Source: Candidatus Heimdallarchaeota archaeon (lineage in GTDB: Archaea; Asgardarchaeota; Heimdallarchaeia; JABLTI01). Taken from it: DNA of 64,000 nt. Below the pieces are notes generated by a model. That model was not told where the DNA came from. It saw nothing but the letters and a program-made list of their open reading frames with translations, and made no database searches. Numbering within the stretch: position 1 is the stretch's first letter; the number at the start of each line of letters is the position of its first letter. Below are positions 29,227-38,996 of this stretch, piece by piece. The stretch covers positions 32,001-96,000 of the forward strand of contig JAHLVW010000066.1 of NCBI GenBank assembly GCA_019058275.1, in the 5' to 3' direction. Position numbers and translations under genes: made by a program.

Positions 29227-30390
29227 ATGTTAAAGACAATGAAAAGAATAATTAGGAGAAGGAAAGGTGTCAGTCCAGTATTTTCAGCAATCCTACTCAT
29301 TGCTCTAACAGTTAGTTCTGTATCGATTGTTTATTTTGTAATAATACCTTTCTTAAATACAACTAGTCTTTCTGCTTCAATCTATAATATAAAGGATACA
29401 AACAAAGATTCACGTTATGATGAAATAACAATATTCTTTTCAAATACTGGAACAAAAGAAGTGGAAATTATTGATGTTATTGTTTGGACAACTCCTCTTA
29501 GCTCAATTGGTAACCCTTCTAGTTGGATAAGTCATGAGGATTGGAACTTCACTCGAGCAGCAGGGAATATTGTCTATCCTTCTAATTTTAGGGAGGAAAG
29601 ATTACAAAGTGATAATCAAATTGAATTATCACTCGATGAGGAATTATATTATCGTTTGGAGCTTTATTCTATTGGCAAAGAAGGTGCTTATTTCAGTGAT
29701 TGGAAAACACTAAGCGATCAAGTTGACTTCAGCGATATGATATCTGATTATGAGAATTTTGAATTATTATTAGATGGTTTAGATGGATCTATTGATGTTC
29801 CAGGATGGGATACAAACAATTATGAAACTATTGGAGGTCCAGTTTATGGACCATTATATGCTGGACAATATATCTATCTCCCAGTAATAAATGAAACGAA
29901 TTACATCAAATTCTTCTATACAGGGAAGCTTGTTGTTTTTCATTCAAATAATGGAAATCTGTCTTCTCAGCCTACACAACAAGTAATCAGTCGAGAGAAT
30001 AATCCTTTCAGAGCTAGAAGGTTATTTGTTCTTGGCTTGGCTGGTTCTTGGGGTGATGAATTTCCAAATAGTGCATGGGCTTTGAGACTTACGATTACGT
30101 ATACAGATAACACAAATACTAGTTGGGATTTAGGTCATGATTATATAGATGATTGGTGGTATAACTCAAATAGTCCTAGGAGATGCAATTGCGATCATGA
30201 CATAATTACTGAAATAGATTTAGGACTACAAATCGATGATCCAAATGGTAATCAACCATATGGAGAACATATTCACACACATACTGCAGGTTTCTATTTG
30301 AACTTCTACAAATATGTAAAATTTATAACTTTTACAGATCCTGGAAATGATGCCTCAGGACCACACCTGCTTTCCATAACTGCTGGATAA
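29227..30390 (+). CDS. Archaeal type IV pilin-like protein, tandem paralog
   Basis: RRKGVSPVFSAILLIALTV; shares LGLAGSWGDEFPN, DDWWY, HIHTHT and FTDPG with the upstream gene. Confidence 0.8.
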   Translation: MLKTMKRIIRRRKGVSPVFSAILLIALTVSSVSIVYFVIIPFLNTTSLSASIYNIKDTNKDSRYDEITIFFSNTGTKEVEIIDVIVWTTPLSSIGNPSSWISHEDWNFTRAAGNIVYPSNFREERLQSDNQIELSLDEELYYRLELYSIGKEGAYFSDWKTLSDQVDFSDMISDYENFELLLDGLDGSIDVPGWDTNNYETIGGPVYGPLYAGQYIYLPVINETNYIKFFYTGKLVVFHSNNGNLSSQPTQQVISRENNPFRARRLFVLGLAGSWGDEFPNSAWALRLTITYTDNTNTSWDLGHDYIDDWWYNSNSPRRCNCDHDIITEIDLGLQIDDPNGNQPYGEHIHTHTAGFYLNFYKYVKFITFTDPGNDASGPHLLSITAG

Positions 30391-30420
30391 TTATACAAGA
30401 GAATCACAAAATTTTCTTTC

Positions 30421-31203
30421 TCATTTATTTTTCAATAGAATTTCAAGAAATCTTGGTTTAGGTTTGTTTAGAAGTTCTAATACTTTCAAATCCGCTTCTA
30501 TAGCATCATTTGCTATAAGTATCTTTCCCCATTTCTTAGCTTCTCCTTCTTCTGCTCCACCTATTAGAATATTTATTCCATCACAAATGTGCAAATCAAA
30601 AGGAGCATATTTCTGAACTGCTAGAAATATCTCTGCAACTGATTTATGTAAGTCTTCATGTAGCCTATCACGTTGGTATGAATTTTCAGTCGATTGATAT
30701 TTTTCTTTTGGAGGTAAACCGAAGAAATTTTTTATTGCATTAGAAAGAAATATGTTTCCTTCTTCATCATCATAGAATTTTATTACTGGCATTGATATTT
30801 TGATGTCAATTTGTGACAAAAACTTTGGAATATAATGGATTGCTCCATCTGATAATTTCACAGAAATGCTTTCTTTTTCATCTAAATCAATAAAAGTGAC
30901 TTTTAGTTTTTTCAAAGCATCTTTTAATCCAGTTTCTTTGAAGTTTTGCAAAGCTGAAGAATAACTAGTTGAACCTTCGCCAATAATTATTTCTTTCAAT
31001 TCTAAATGCTGAGCTACTTCAACAACACTCTTTATGAGGTCAATAGATGTAGTAAAAGGTGCGGGTTTTGGATAACCCATATTTGGTTTTAGAAAAATCT
31101 TCTTGGTATCTAGTTCATTATGTTTGCAATTATCCTCAAACCATTTGTATAAGATTTCTACTAAATCATCTAAGTTATCAAGAACTGAAAGCAAAAGTAT
31201 CAA
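30421..31203 (-). CDS. DUF362 family protein
   Basis: IFLKPN, IIIGEGS, ISMPVIK, SNAIKNFFG, ICDG. Confidence 0.75.
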   Translation of the reverse strand: MILLLSVLDNLDDLVEILYKWFEDNCKHNELDTKKIFLKPNMGYPKPAPFTTSIDLIKSVVEVAQHLELKEIIIGEGSTSYSSALQNFKETGLKDALKKLKVTFIDLDEKESISVKLSDGAIHYIPKFLSQIDIKISMPVIKFYDDEEGNIFLSNAIKNFFGLPPKEKYQSTENSYQRDRLHEDLHKSVAEIFLAVQKYAPFDLHICDGINILIGGAEEGEAKKWGKILIANDAIEADLKVLELLNKPKPRFLEILLKNK

Positions 31204-31213
31204 CCCTAGTAAT

Positions 31214-32194
31214 TTATTTTAGCTGTTTCTGAATTTCAAAATCAAGCATTTCTAGAAATTTCTTCCATTTAGTTTTGCGAACAGTAGCACCAGATGCAGA
31301 AGGATGACCTCCTCCACTACCACCAACTTCTTTGGCTGCTCTTCTAGTAGCAACATTCAAATCAATTCCCTCAATACGTCTTCTAATGGAAATTGATATT
31401 TTTGCTCCTATAGAATTTCCACAAACACCAATTGGTTTATCTGTAGCTGTTGCAGCAAAAAGTGCTCCTTTCCCTACAAATCCTCCTCCGGTTGGTATAT
31501 CAAGAATGTACCCAATATTTTGTTTAGCTTTTGCATTCTCATGAACATATTCTCTTACTAATTTCTCAACTTGACTTCCTCTAAGTGCTCTATCTACAAG
31601 ATTGTTAAGCTCACTTGGTAATACACCTAAAGCCATTCTTTCAATGATACTTTTCTTCATTTGTAAATCATCAGCAGTTGGGATTTCTCCTAATGCTTGA
31701 ACGATTATTGCTGCTTGAAATGAAATACTTCTTGCATCATAATCTCTTAACACTTCTTGAGCGAAAACGCTCTTCATTTCATAATCACCAACTGCGCCAA
31801 TAGCAGCTAGAAGCTTATGCTTCCAATTCAACTTCTTTTCAAAATGCAAATATGTTAGTTCTGCAGAGCAACCATTTGTTCGATGAATTACTATTGAAGC
31901 AGGTATATTCTTCTCTTTTAGCCCTTCAGGTAAAGGATGATGATCGATGTAAATTATTTCCGAACCTTGACTTTTCAATCGCTTCATTTCTTGGAAAGTT
32001 ATATTGTAATCTTTCTCATTTAGTGCAATATCGGTGATAATTATCTTATCCATTTTTTTTATTTTCTTGAGATCATCATCTAGTCTGACAGGATTTGTTA
32101 TCCAAATTCTTGCTCCAGGATTAGCAGCTAATGCTATTGCTCCAGCAGTCATTCCATCACAATCGCCATGACAAAGGATAATTATTTCTTCCAT
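31214..32194 (-). CDS. DHH/DHHA1 phosphoesterase
   Basis: HGDCDG, ITDI, YIDHH, GGSGGGHPSASG. Confidence 0.88.
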   Translation of the reverse strand: MEEIIILCHGDCDGMTAGAIALAANPGARIWITNPVRLDDDLKKIKKMDKIIITDIALNEKDYNITFQEMKRLKSQGSEIIYIDHHPLPEGLKEKNIPASIVIHRTNGCSAELTYLHFEKKLNWKHKLLAAIGAVGDYEMKSVFAQEVLRDYDARSISFQAAIIVQALGEIPTADDLQMKKSIIERMALGVLPSELNNLVDRALRGSQVEKLVREYVHENAKAKQNIGYILDIPTGGGFVGKGALFAATATDKPIGVCGNSIGAKISISIRRRIEGIDLNVATRRAAKEVGGSGGGHPSASGATVRKTKWKKFLEMLDFEIQKQLK

Positions 32195-32318
32195 GAGAAT
32201 CCCACATTTAGTACTTGTTTACTTTACTCACTAAAGCTAATTAAATTCTACTAGAAACAATTATTTTAAATGACCGTTTAATGCTAATCTAATTAATACA
32301 ATCACTGGATGTTTCAAT

Positions 32319-33227
32319 GTGAGAGTCTTCATTATACACTTCGGTTGGAAGTTAAAACCAAAGACAGTACCATATCTTGTTTATTTACCTGAGGATTCTA
32401 CAAAAGAAGAAGTTTATGTTCTTAAACCTGGAGCAAATATAACCATAAAGATTGTACCAAATGAATCCAAATATTGTATTGGTTTCAATAATTATGAAGA
32501 TGCAAGATTCTCTTGTCCTACTGCTGAGAAAATTCCTATGAATAGATCTCAATGCCAAAGTTGTAGTTTAAATGAATTTTTCTTCTGTCGTGCTCTATGT
32601 CAAGGAGATTTTTGTCAACCTTCTAGTGAAGAAGCAAAAGAGTATTGTTGGAAAAAGAATGCTTATGTTTATTTAACTTACATTGCAGGTAAAATCAAAG
32701 TTGGTTCTTCAACAAGTCCCCATCGTAGATGGATAGGTCAGGGAAGTGATGCTGGTATCAGTATTGCAAAAGGTGTTGGATTAGCACCAAGAGCTCTTGA
32801 GCATCAAATAGGGACAAAGTATTCACTGCCATTAGGAATTAGATTGACTCAAAAAGTCAAATTACTGGGAAAATCAATAGACAAAAAAACAATTGAAAAA
32901 GAGATAATGTTACTCGTTGATGAAATCCAAAAATCCATGAAATCTGAGATATTGATTCCTCGAGATAAACTTGAACCAATAACATTTTTAGATGAATTTT
33001 ATGGCAATATTCCTACAATCACTGCTAGACCAATACTAAAGAAGTTAGAGTCAACCGGATTAGAAATAAGTGGAGAAATTATTGGCATAAAAGGAACTAT
33101 TCTTGTTGTTAAGAATGTGGGTACATATTTTGCATTAAACTTAAGCTCACTTATTGGTCTTAATGCAACAATAACCGATGATGCTCAAGAGATGAAAGGA
33201 CAAAAAAGTTTATTTGATTTTGTGTAA
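32319..33227 (+). CDS. DUF2797 family protein
   Basis: Cys clusters, VYLT...KVGSS...RWIGQG, GEIIGIKG. Confidence 0.75.
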   Translation: MRVFIIHFGWKLKPKTVPYLVYLPEDSTKEEVYVLKPGANITIKIVPNESKYCIGFNNYEDARFSCPTAEKIPMNRSQCQSCSLNEFFFCRALCQGDFCQPSSEEAKEYCWKKNAYVYLTYIAGKIKVGSSTSPHRRWIGQGSDAGISIAKGVGLAPRALEHQIGTKYSLPLGIRLTQKVKLLGKSIDKKTIEKEIMLLVDEIQKSMKSEILIPRDKLEPITFLDEFYGNIPTITARPILKKLESTGLEISGEIIGIKGTILVVKNVGTYFALNLSSLIGLNATITDDAQEMKGQKSLFDFV

Positions 33228-33261
33228 AGATCAAACATGTGATTTTTTTTATTTGGGATAT

Positions 33262-33864
33262 TTACAGACTAATATTTTTCTTGATCAACCTTGAAATATA
33301 TGCTAGAACTACAATAATTGATAGTATTAATAGAATTGAAATGGCAATATTGTAAACTAAATTAGTATTAATTCTAACTGCACTCTCATCCGATCTTTCA
33401 TTTAAACCCCAGATCATTAGAATGATGCTATTTGTTAATGTAAATCCAAGGGTTATAAAATAAGGCCATATTAGTTTTGAAAGAAATCCTATTCTAGTTA
33501 AATCAGCCTTAATTATTGGAATTATCACTTGGATTATCCCTATAGCCATTGAACTAGCAAGTGAAAAAATTAGGAGCCAACCTGCTGCAAATGGAAAACC
33601 TTCTTCGATTCCTATTTCTGTAGTATGAGTTTCTAAATCTTGCAGCAGAAAATTACCATTCCATGAAACGTATATTATTTGATCTTGCAATAGAATACTT
33701 TTGAGTATTATTGGGTTTATGAGATTAACAATGAGCATGATTAGAAAATTGATAAACAAGATTAAGCCAATCATAATAATTGGATCTTTTAATCTTTGAA
33801 GATACACATTTTTCTTAACTGATCTAGTAGATTTGTCAGACATATTATAACCTCTAATCCTCAT
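33262..33864 (-). CDS. Hypothetical multi-pass membrane protein
   Basis: About 4 hydrophobic segments; abuts or overlaps the upstream gene. Confidence 0.6.
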   Translation of the reverse strand: MRIRGYNMSDKSTRSVKKNVYLQRLKDPIIMIGLILFINFLIMLIVNLINPIILKSILLQDQIIYVSWNGNFLLQDLETHTTEIGIEEGFPFAAGWLLIFSLASSMAIGIIQVIIPIIKADLTRIGFLSKLIWPYFITLGFTLTNSIILMIWGLNERSDESAVRINTNLVYNIAISILLILSIIVVLAYISRLIKKNISL

Positions 33865-34306
33865 TCTGAAATGATTTTTTGTGAATACTTACTGCTACCA
33901 ATACAAATGGTAGAATAATTGCTACTACAGATAAAACAACTGAAAAAACTGCTAAACCATGAGCTGTTGAATTTAAATCATTGTTAACTATGTAGTTTAG
34001 TAGTACAATAAATGGAACAACACCTTCTACAAGTGACCCCATAATTGCCCATAAATAACTTCCTTCAAAGTAAATAAAATTCAATGTACCTCCACACATC
34101 AAAATCATTAGTATCCCAAAATAAAGAAATATATCAACGAAAGTAAATAACTCATTTGCAGGGAAAAATAATGCTATAATATTTAACATGAAAAAGACTG
34201 ATAATAATAATGAAATCAACATTCCTCTCTTTCCAAGATAATAAGCAAGGTATGTATCCTTGCTAAATAATCTCTTCCAAGCTGAACGTTTTTTACTCTG
34301 TTCCAT
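33854..34306 (-). CDS. Hypothetical 4-TM membrane protein
   Basis: Four hydrophobic segments. Confidence 0.6.
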   Translation of the reverse strand: MEQSKKRSAWKRLFSKDTYLAYYLGKRGMLISLLLSVFFMLNIIALFFPANELFTFVDIFLYFGILMILMCGGTLNFIYFEGSYLWAIMGSLVEGVVPFIVLLNYIVNNDLNSTAHGLAVFSVVLSVVAIILPFVLVAVSIHKKSFQNED

Positions 34307-34402
34307 TTCATGCTCATACCTATGTCTCTATTCAGAATAGTATTTGTAAGCTTGATTTTAAAGATTAGCTACATCCCTCATAAAACATATTATTATCAAC
34401 TA

Positions 34403-34915
34403 TCACTTATCAATAATTTCTAGTAATTGCTGAGCACAAACTGGACAGCTATTTTTAGTTCTAATCCAATCAAGAAGATGATCTTTATGATATAATGATT
34501 CACATACAGGGCATTGAAGTATTTCATCTGTTTCATTTAAGTAGAGTTTGCAAACCATACATATATCATTATTTAGTAGTTTATCAAACTTAATAGCTGT
34601 TAACACCTTATTTGGAGCAATTTCTATTATTCTACTAGTTGCTCTTTGTATTGCTTCTTCAACTCTTTGTTTATATATTTCCTGAGCTTGATTTCTCTTC
34701 TCCTTAATGGAAGCTGGAGTTTCATAATGGTATACTGCCTTTGTTTTTCTTTCAAGATAAATAGCAAAAACAATAGCGGTTACTAGAAGAATCAAGCCGA
34801 TTACTCCTGTAATAATAGCAGCACTTCGTTTTTGTTGAATACCTAATGCAAGTGCAGCAAATAATAGTAATGTTGATAATACAAATAATAATTGCATAAT
34901 TTTTCTTTTGTCCAT
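34403..34915 (-). CDS. Membrane-anchored RING-finger protein (putative E3 ligase)
   Basis: Two N-terminal TM helices; CMVC-x12-CPVC-x4-HKDH-x3-W-x6-CPVC. Confidence 0.75.
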   Translation of the reverse strand: MDKRKIMQLLFVLSTLLLFAALALGIQQKRSAAIITGVIGLILLVTAIVFAIYLERKTKAVYHYETPASIKEKRNQAQEIYKQRVEEAIQRATSRIIEIAPNKVLTAIKFDKLLNNDICMVCKLYLNETDEILQCPVCESLYHKDHLLDWIRTKNSCPVCAQQLLEIIDK

Positions 34916-34975
34916 GAATACCCCTTTAACCAATACTTCCTTATGTTGATTTTGTATAACACATTTTTATAGCTT

Positions 34976-35971
34976 TGTTAAGTAAACCTAATATGGTGAC
35001 AGTCTTCTCTAGTTAATTAAGTGATATCAACTATGATGAGAAAACTATCACCACAAGAACGATTAGAGCTCTTGCAGATATACTTTTCTGCGAGAACGGA
35101 AAAGGAGCTCTGCGCAGAGCAGCAGCTGAAAGTAACAACACTGTGCAAAAGCAGAGGGATATCTAGGAACAGTTTTTACCACTGGAAGAAGCGATTCGAG
35201 CGAGAAGGCACAGCGGGGTGTTCGACAGACCAGCAGGAAGAAAGCAGCTACCAGGAAGAACCAGCATCCCTGAAGAACTGGTGCAACGAATGATCTTTTG
35301 CAGGCAATTCCTTGGCTTAAGCTTTCGACAGATTGCTGAAGCACTGCAGCGCTTCTTGGTCGTCAGTCACACAACGATCAGACGAATTTTGCACCTGCGA
35401 AAGGTCACAGGAAGGGTCTACAAGCGACGAAAAAAGGTTTGGCAGCGGTTTGAGAGCAAAAAACCCGATGAACTGTGGCAAATCGACCATTCGAGGAGCG
35501 ATTTCGATGGCAAATGGCGTCTGGTGATCATGGACGACCACTCACGAATGGTTCTCTGCTGCGAAGAAGTTTCTTCTCTCAAGAGCAAAGAGTGCTGTGC
35601 CTTACTTTTGCAACCGATTACAAAACTTGCTGGTCGACGACCGAGGAAGCTTTTGAGTGATAATCACCGAGCCTTTCGCTCACGAGCCTTCAAAGAGCTC
35701 TTGTCTCGTCTCGGGATTAGGGCTGTTCATTCTTCTGTTCATCACCCGCAAACCCTTGGGAAAGTCGAGCGATTCAATCGCACCTTCCAGGAGAATGCTT
35801 GGTTGTTTGAGCACCCCCAAGCCTTCCTAAAGTACTACAATTCTGAACGAACCCATTCCTCCCTCTTTGGTCGTACTCCTGCTGAACGTTACTTCCGAGA
35901 AGAAGGCTTTAAAAGTACTATCGAAATCAGTTCTTTAGGAAGAATTGTCACACGATTAGGTTAACTTTACA
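34976..35971 (+). mobile_element. IS481-like insertion sequence (996 bp) with TGT...ACA ends and a 14-bp target duplication
   Basis: Left end TGTTAAGTAAACCTAATATGGTGACA vs right-end reverse complement TGTAAAGTTAACCTAATCGTGTGACA; DR catttttatagctt at 34962-34975 and 35972-35985; clearly higher GC than host. Confidence 0.88.
35021..35964 (+). pseudogene. IS481/rve-type DDE transposase, frameshifted near 35218
   Basis: HTH part (GISRNSFYHWKKRF..EG.AG) is in a different frame from the catalytic part (LWQID, DDHSR, SDN, HPQTLGKVERFNRT). Confidence 0.85.
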
Positions 35972-36121
35972 CATTTTTATAGCTTTATAATTAGCTTAAT
36001 TTTGAATTTAATAAAATGTGAGAAAATTTCAATAGATATGAACATAAGATTTTAGTTTAAGGTATCTCCCTATTTAACACCTTTAAGAGCATTTAAGAGA
36101 TTTCATAAAAGAGGACTAAAT

Positions 36122-38587
36122 ATGTCAGACGAGAAATATATTCAGCATAGATATATCAAACCAAATGCTATTGAAGCTCGTCTGTATCAGCAAACAATTT
36201 TTGCTAAAACATTATCAGGGAATACTTTAGTTGTATTGCCTACAGGCTTGGGTAAAACCATAATCCTAGCACTCTTAACTGCGAAAAGAATGGAGCAATA
36301 TCCTGATTCGTTTATCCTAATTATGGCTCCTACAAAACCACTAGTTGAACAACATCTTAAAACATTTCAAAAAACATTCAATATAATCGAAGATGAAATT
36401 GTTATGCTTTCGGGTTCTATTTTACCTGAAAAACGAATGAAGATTTGGAAGCAAGGTCAAATCATCATTGCTACACCTCAAGTTGTGGAAAATGATATAC
36501 TGACTGGAAAACTCGATCTGAGAAAATGTTCCTTGCTAGGTGTTGATGAAGCTCATCGAGCTGTAGGAAATTATGCTTATGTATATGTTGCCAAGCAATA
36601 CATGAAGAAGGCAGCGAATCCATTAATTCTTGGAATTACTGCTTCTCCTGGATCAAAACAAGAAAAAATCAAAGAAGTTTGTAGAAACTTAGTAATAAAT
36701 CACGTAGAGACGCGTATGGAATCTTCTAAAGATGTAAAACCCTATGTACAAAAAACAGATGTCGAATGGGTTCACATTGAATTACCTGAGAAATTCAAAC
36801 GCATCAAAACGTTATTCGAGCGTTCTCTTTCCTATAAATTAAAAGAGCTAAAAAGATTTGGCTGGATTGAATCTTCTAATGTGAACATCAAACGTAAAGA
36901 CCTACTAAAACTTCCTCCACAGATAACCAAACAATTCGACAAAACTGATAATGTTTCTGAGGTGTATTTAGCTCTTGGTCTAGTTGGTGCTTCAATAAGG
37001 TTGACTCATGCGTTGGAGCTCCTCGAGACACAGGGCTTAAGCTCACTATTAAGCTATTTTGAGAAGATGCACAAAGAAGCAAAGAGCTCAAAAGCTACAA
37101 AAACGCTTCTCAGTTTATTAAATGAGGATGCCATAGTTGTTTCCTATGATATTGCCAAGCAAATTCTAGATGAGGGTCATGATCATCCAAAAATACCTGA
37201 ATTAGAACGTATTGCAAGTGAAACTATTTCTAAGAGTCCAGATTCAAGAATCCTTGTTTTCACTCAATATCGGAACTCAGCAAAAAATTTGGCTAATATC
37301 CTAAATAAATTAGATAACATAAATGCTTCGAGGTTTATTGGTCAAGCATCAAAATCCGGTGACAAAGGATTTTCACAAAAGAAACAGCTAGAAGTAATGC
37401 AACAATTCAGAGATGGCTTATTCAATTGTTTGGTTGCAACAAGTGTAGGTGAAGAGGGTTTAGATGTTTCTGAATGTGATTTAGTTGTCTTTTATGAGTG
37501 TGTCCCTTCAGCTATAAGAAACATCCAGCGTAGAGGTAGAACAGGTAGAAAGCGTGCTGGGAAAGTAATAGTTCTAATCACAAAAGGCACTCGAGATGAA
37601 GGTTATTTTTGGGCTGCAAGATATAAAGAGAAGGCTATGAAGAGGAATCTCAGAGAATTGGAAAAATATGGAAAGAAATCCATTGATACTTCACAAAGGA
37701 CCATGGAAGATTTCTTCGCAGCAGCTTCTTCAGAAGCAGATGTTATAGAAGAGGATGTTGCTGAAGTAGATGAACCATTTGATGAGTTATCTATTCTCTC
37801 AGATGAAGCATTAAGTAAACTTGAACAAGAAATTGAACAAGGTTCGCCTACCGACATTAGTGAACTATCTGATGGTGAAAAACAATCCATTGATCAATTC
37901 TTTTCCGAGGAACTTGATTCTTATGAACCTAGAAAAGTTCGTATAATAGTTGACTCACGGGAATCAAGATCTGGTATCGCTAAGGAGCTTTCAGAACTAG
38001 ACATCGAGATAGATTTACAACAGATATCTGTTGGTGATTTTGTTTTAAGCTCAAGAGTAGGTGTTGAAAGAAAAGATGTTGCTGATTTTAGTCAAAGTTT
38101 AATTGACGGAAGACTATTCCCACAATTAATTGCACTGAAAAGGAATTATCAAATTCCCATTTTAATTATAGAGGGTGAAACACTTTACGGTCATAGAGCT
38201 TTGAATCCAAGTGCTATTAGGGGTGCTATAACTGCGATTACATTGAACTTTGATATTCGTATTATCTGGACACGAAGTACTAAAGATTCTGCTAGATACT
38301 TGAAAAGTATTGCTACTCGAGAACAGAAACGATCAGATAGAACTCCTGTTATTAGGAGCGAAAAGGCACCAATTGAATCTTCAGATTTATTGGAATTTAT
38401 CGTTGCTGGCTTTCCTAACATTAATGCTATTCTTGCACGTAGAATTTTGCATAAATTTGGCACTCTTGAAAATTTCTTCAATGCTTCAGTAAAAGAAATT
38501 CATGAAGTAAAGGGTATAGGGAAGAAAATTGCAGAAGAGATTAAAGAATTAATACAAACGAAATATGATAAGGAAGTTAGTGAATAA
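36122..38587 (+). CDS. hef: Hef/FANCM-like helicase fused to an ERCC4 nuclease
   Basis: LPTGLGKT, DEAH, QRRGRTGR, VERKDVADF..S..DGRL, C-terminal HhH. Confidence 0.93.
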   Translation: MSDEKYIQHRYIKPNAIEARLYQQTIFAKTLSGNTLVVLPTGLGKTIILALLTAKRMEQYPDSFILIMAPTKPLVEQHLKTFQKTFNIIEDEIVMLSGSILPEKRMKIWKQGQIIIATPQVVENDILTGKLDLRKCSLLGVDEAHRAVGNYAYVYVAKQYMKKAANPLILGITASPGSKQEKIKEVCRNLVINHVETRMESSKDVKPYVQKTDVEWVHIELPEKFKRIKTLFERSLSYKLKELKRFGWIESSNVNIKRKDLLKLPPQITKQFDKTDNVSEVYLALGLVGASIRLTHALELLETQGLSSLLSYFEKMHKEAKSSKATKTLLSLLNEDAIVVSYDIAKQILDEGHDHPKIPELERIASETISKSPDSRILVFTQYRNSAKNLANILNKLDNINASRFIGQASKSGDKGFSQKKQLEVMQQFRDGLFNCLVATSVGEEGLDVSECDLVVFYECVPSAIRNIQRRGRTGRKRAGKVIVLITKGTRDEGYFWAARYKEKAMKRNLRELEKYGKKSIDTSQRTMEDFFAAASSEADVIEEDVAEVDEPFDELSILSDEALSKLEQEIEQGSPTDISELSDGEKQSIDQFFSEELDSYEPRKVRIIVDSRESRSGIAKELSELDIEIDLQQISVGDFVLSSRVGVERKDVADFSQSLIDGRLFPQLIALKRNYQIPILIIEGETLYGHRALNPSAIRGAITAITLNFDIRIIWTRSTKDSARYLKSIATREQKRSDRTPVIRSEKAPIESSDLLEFIVAGFPNINAILARRILHKFGTLENFFNASVKEIHEVKGIGKKIAEEIKELIQTKYDKEVSE

Positions 38588-38595
38588 CTGTTGTA

Positions 38596-38991
38596 TTAAC
38601 TTTCAGAAGCTTTTTCCAATGTCTGAAGTAGCTTATCAATTGCTTCTGTAATTTTTATAATTTCATCAGGATCATCTGTGTTCTCCAGTTTCACCCTTAA
38701 TTGTTCAATTTTTGCATTTATTGTTTTGGTAATGCTTGTTTCTGTTGCACTTGTTTTTGCAGCATTTTTCTTCATTGCTTTTTGAATTTCAGCTGGTAGC
38801 TCCTTTTCATCTTTATAGATCAAAACCTCTTTGTCACAAACCTTGCAATAGATTTTATCTTGAATTTTTATTAAAGGAGAATCACATACTGGACAAGCTG
38901 CATGTAATAAAGTTCCACCTGCTCTTAGTGCCTGTGCGATTGCTTTTATTCCTTTATCATTTTCTGTTTCTTTTTCATCCATTAGTAGCAC
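38596..38991 (-). CDS. UPF0148 / autoantigen p27 Zn-finger protein
   Basis: LRAGGTLL...CPVCDSPL...YCKVC and coiled C-terminus. Confidence 0.8.
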   Translation of the reverse strand: MLLMDEKETENDKGIKAIAQALRAGGTLLHAACPVCDSPLIKIQDKIYCKVCDKEVLIYKDEKELPAEIQKAMKKNAAKTSATETSITKTINAKIEQLRVKLENTDDPDEIIKITEAIDKLLQTLEKASES

Positions 38992-38996
38992 CCGAA

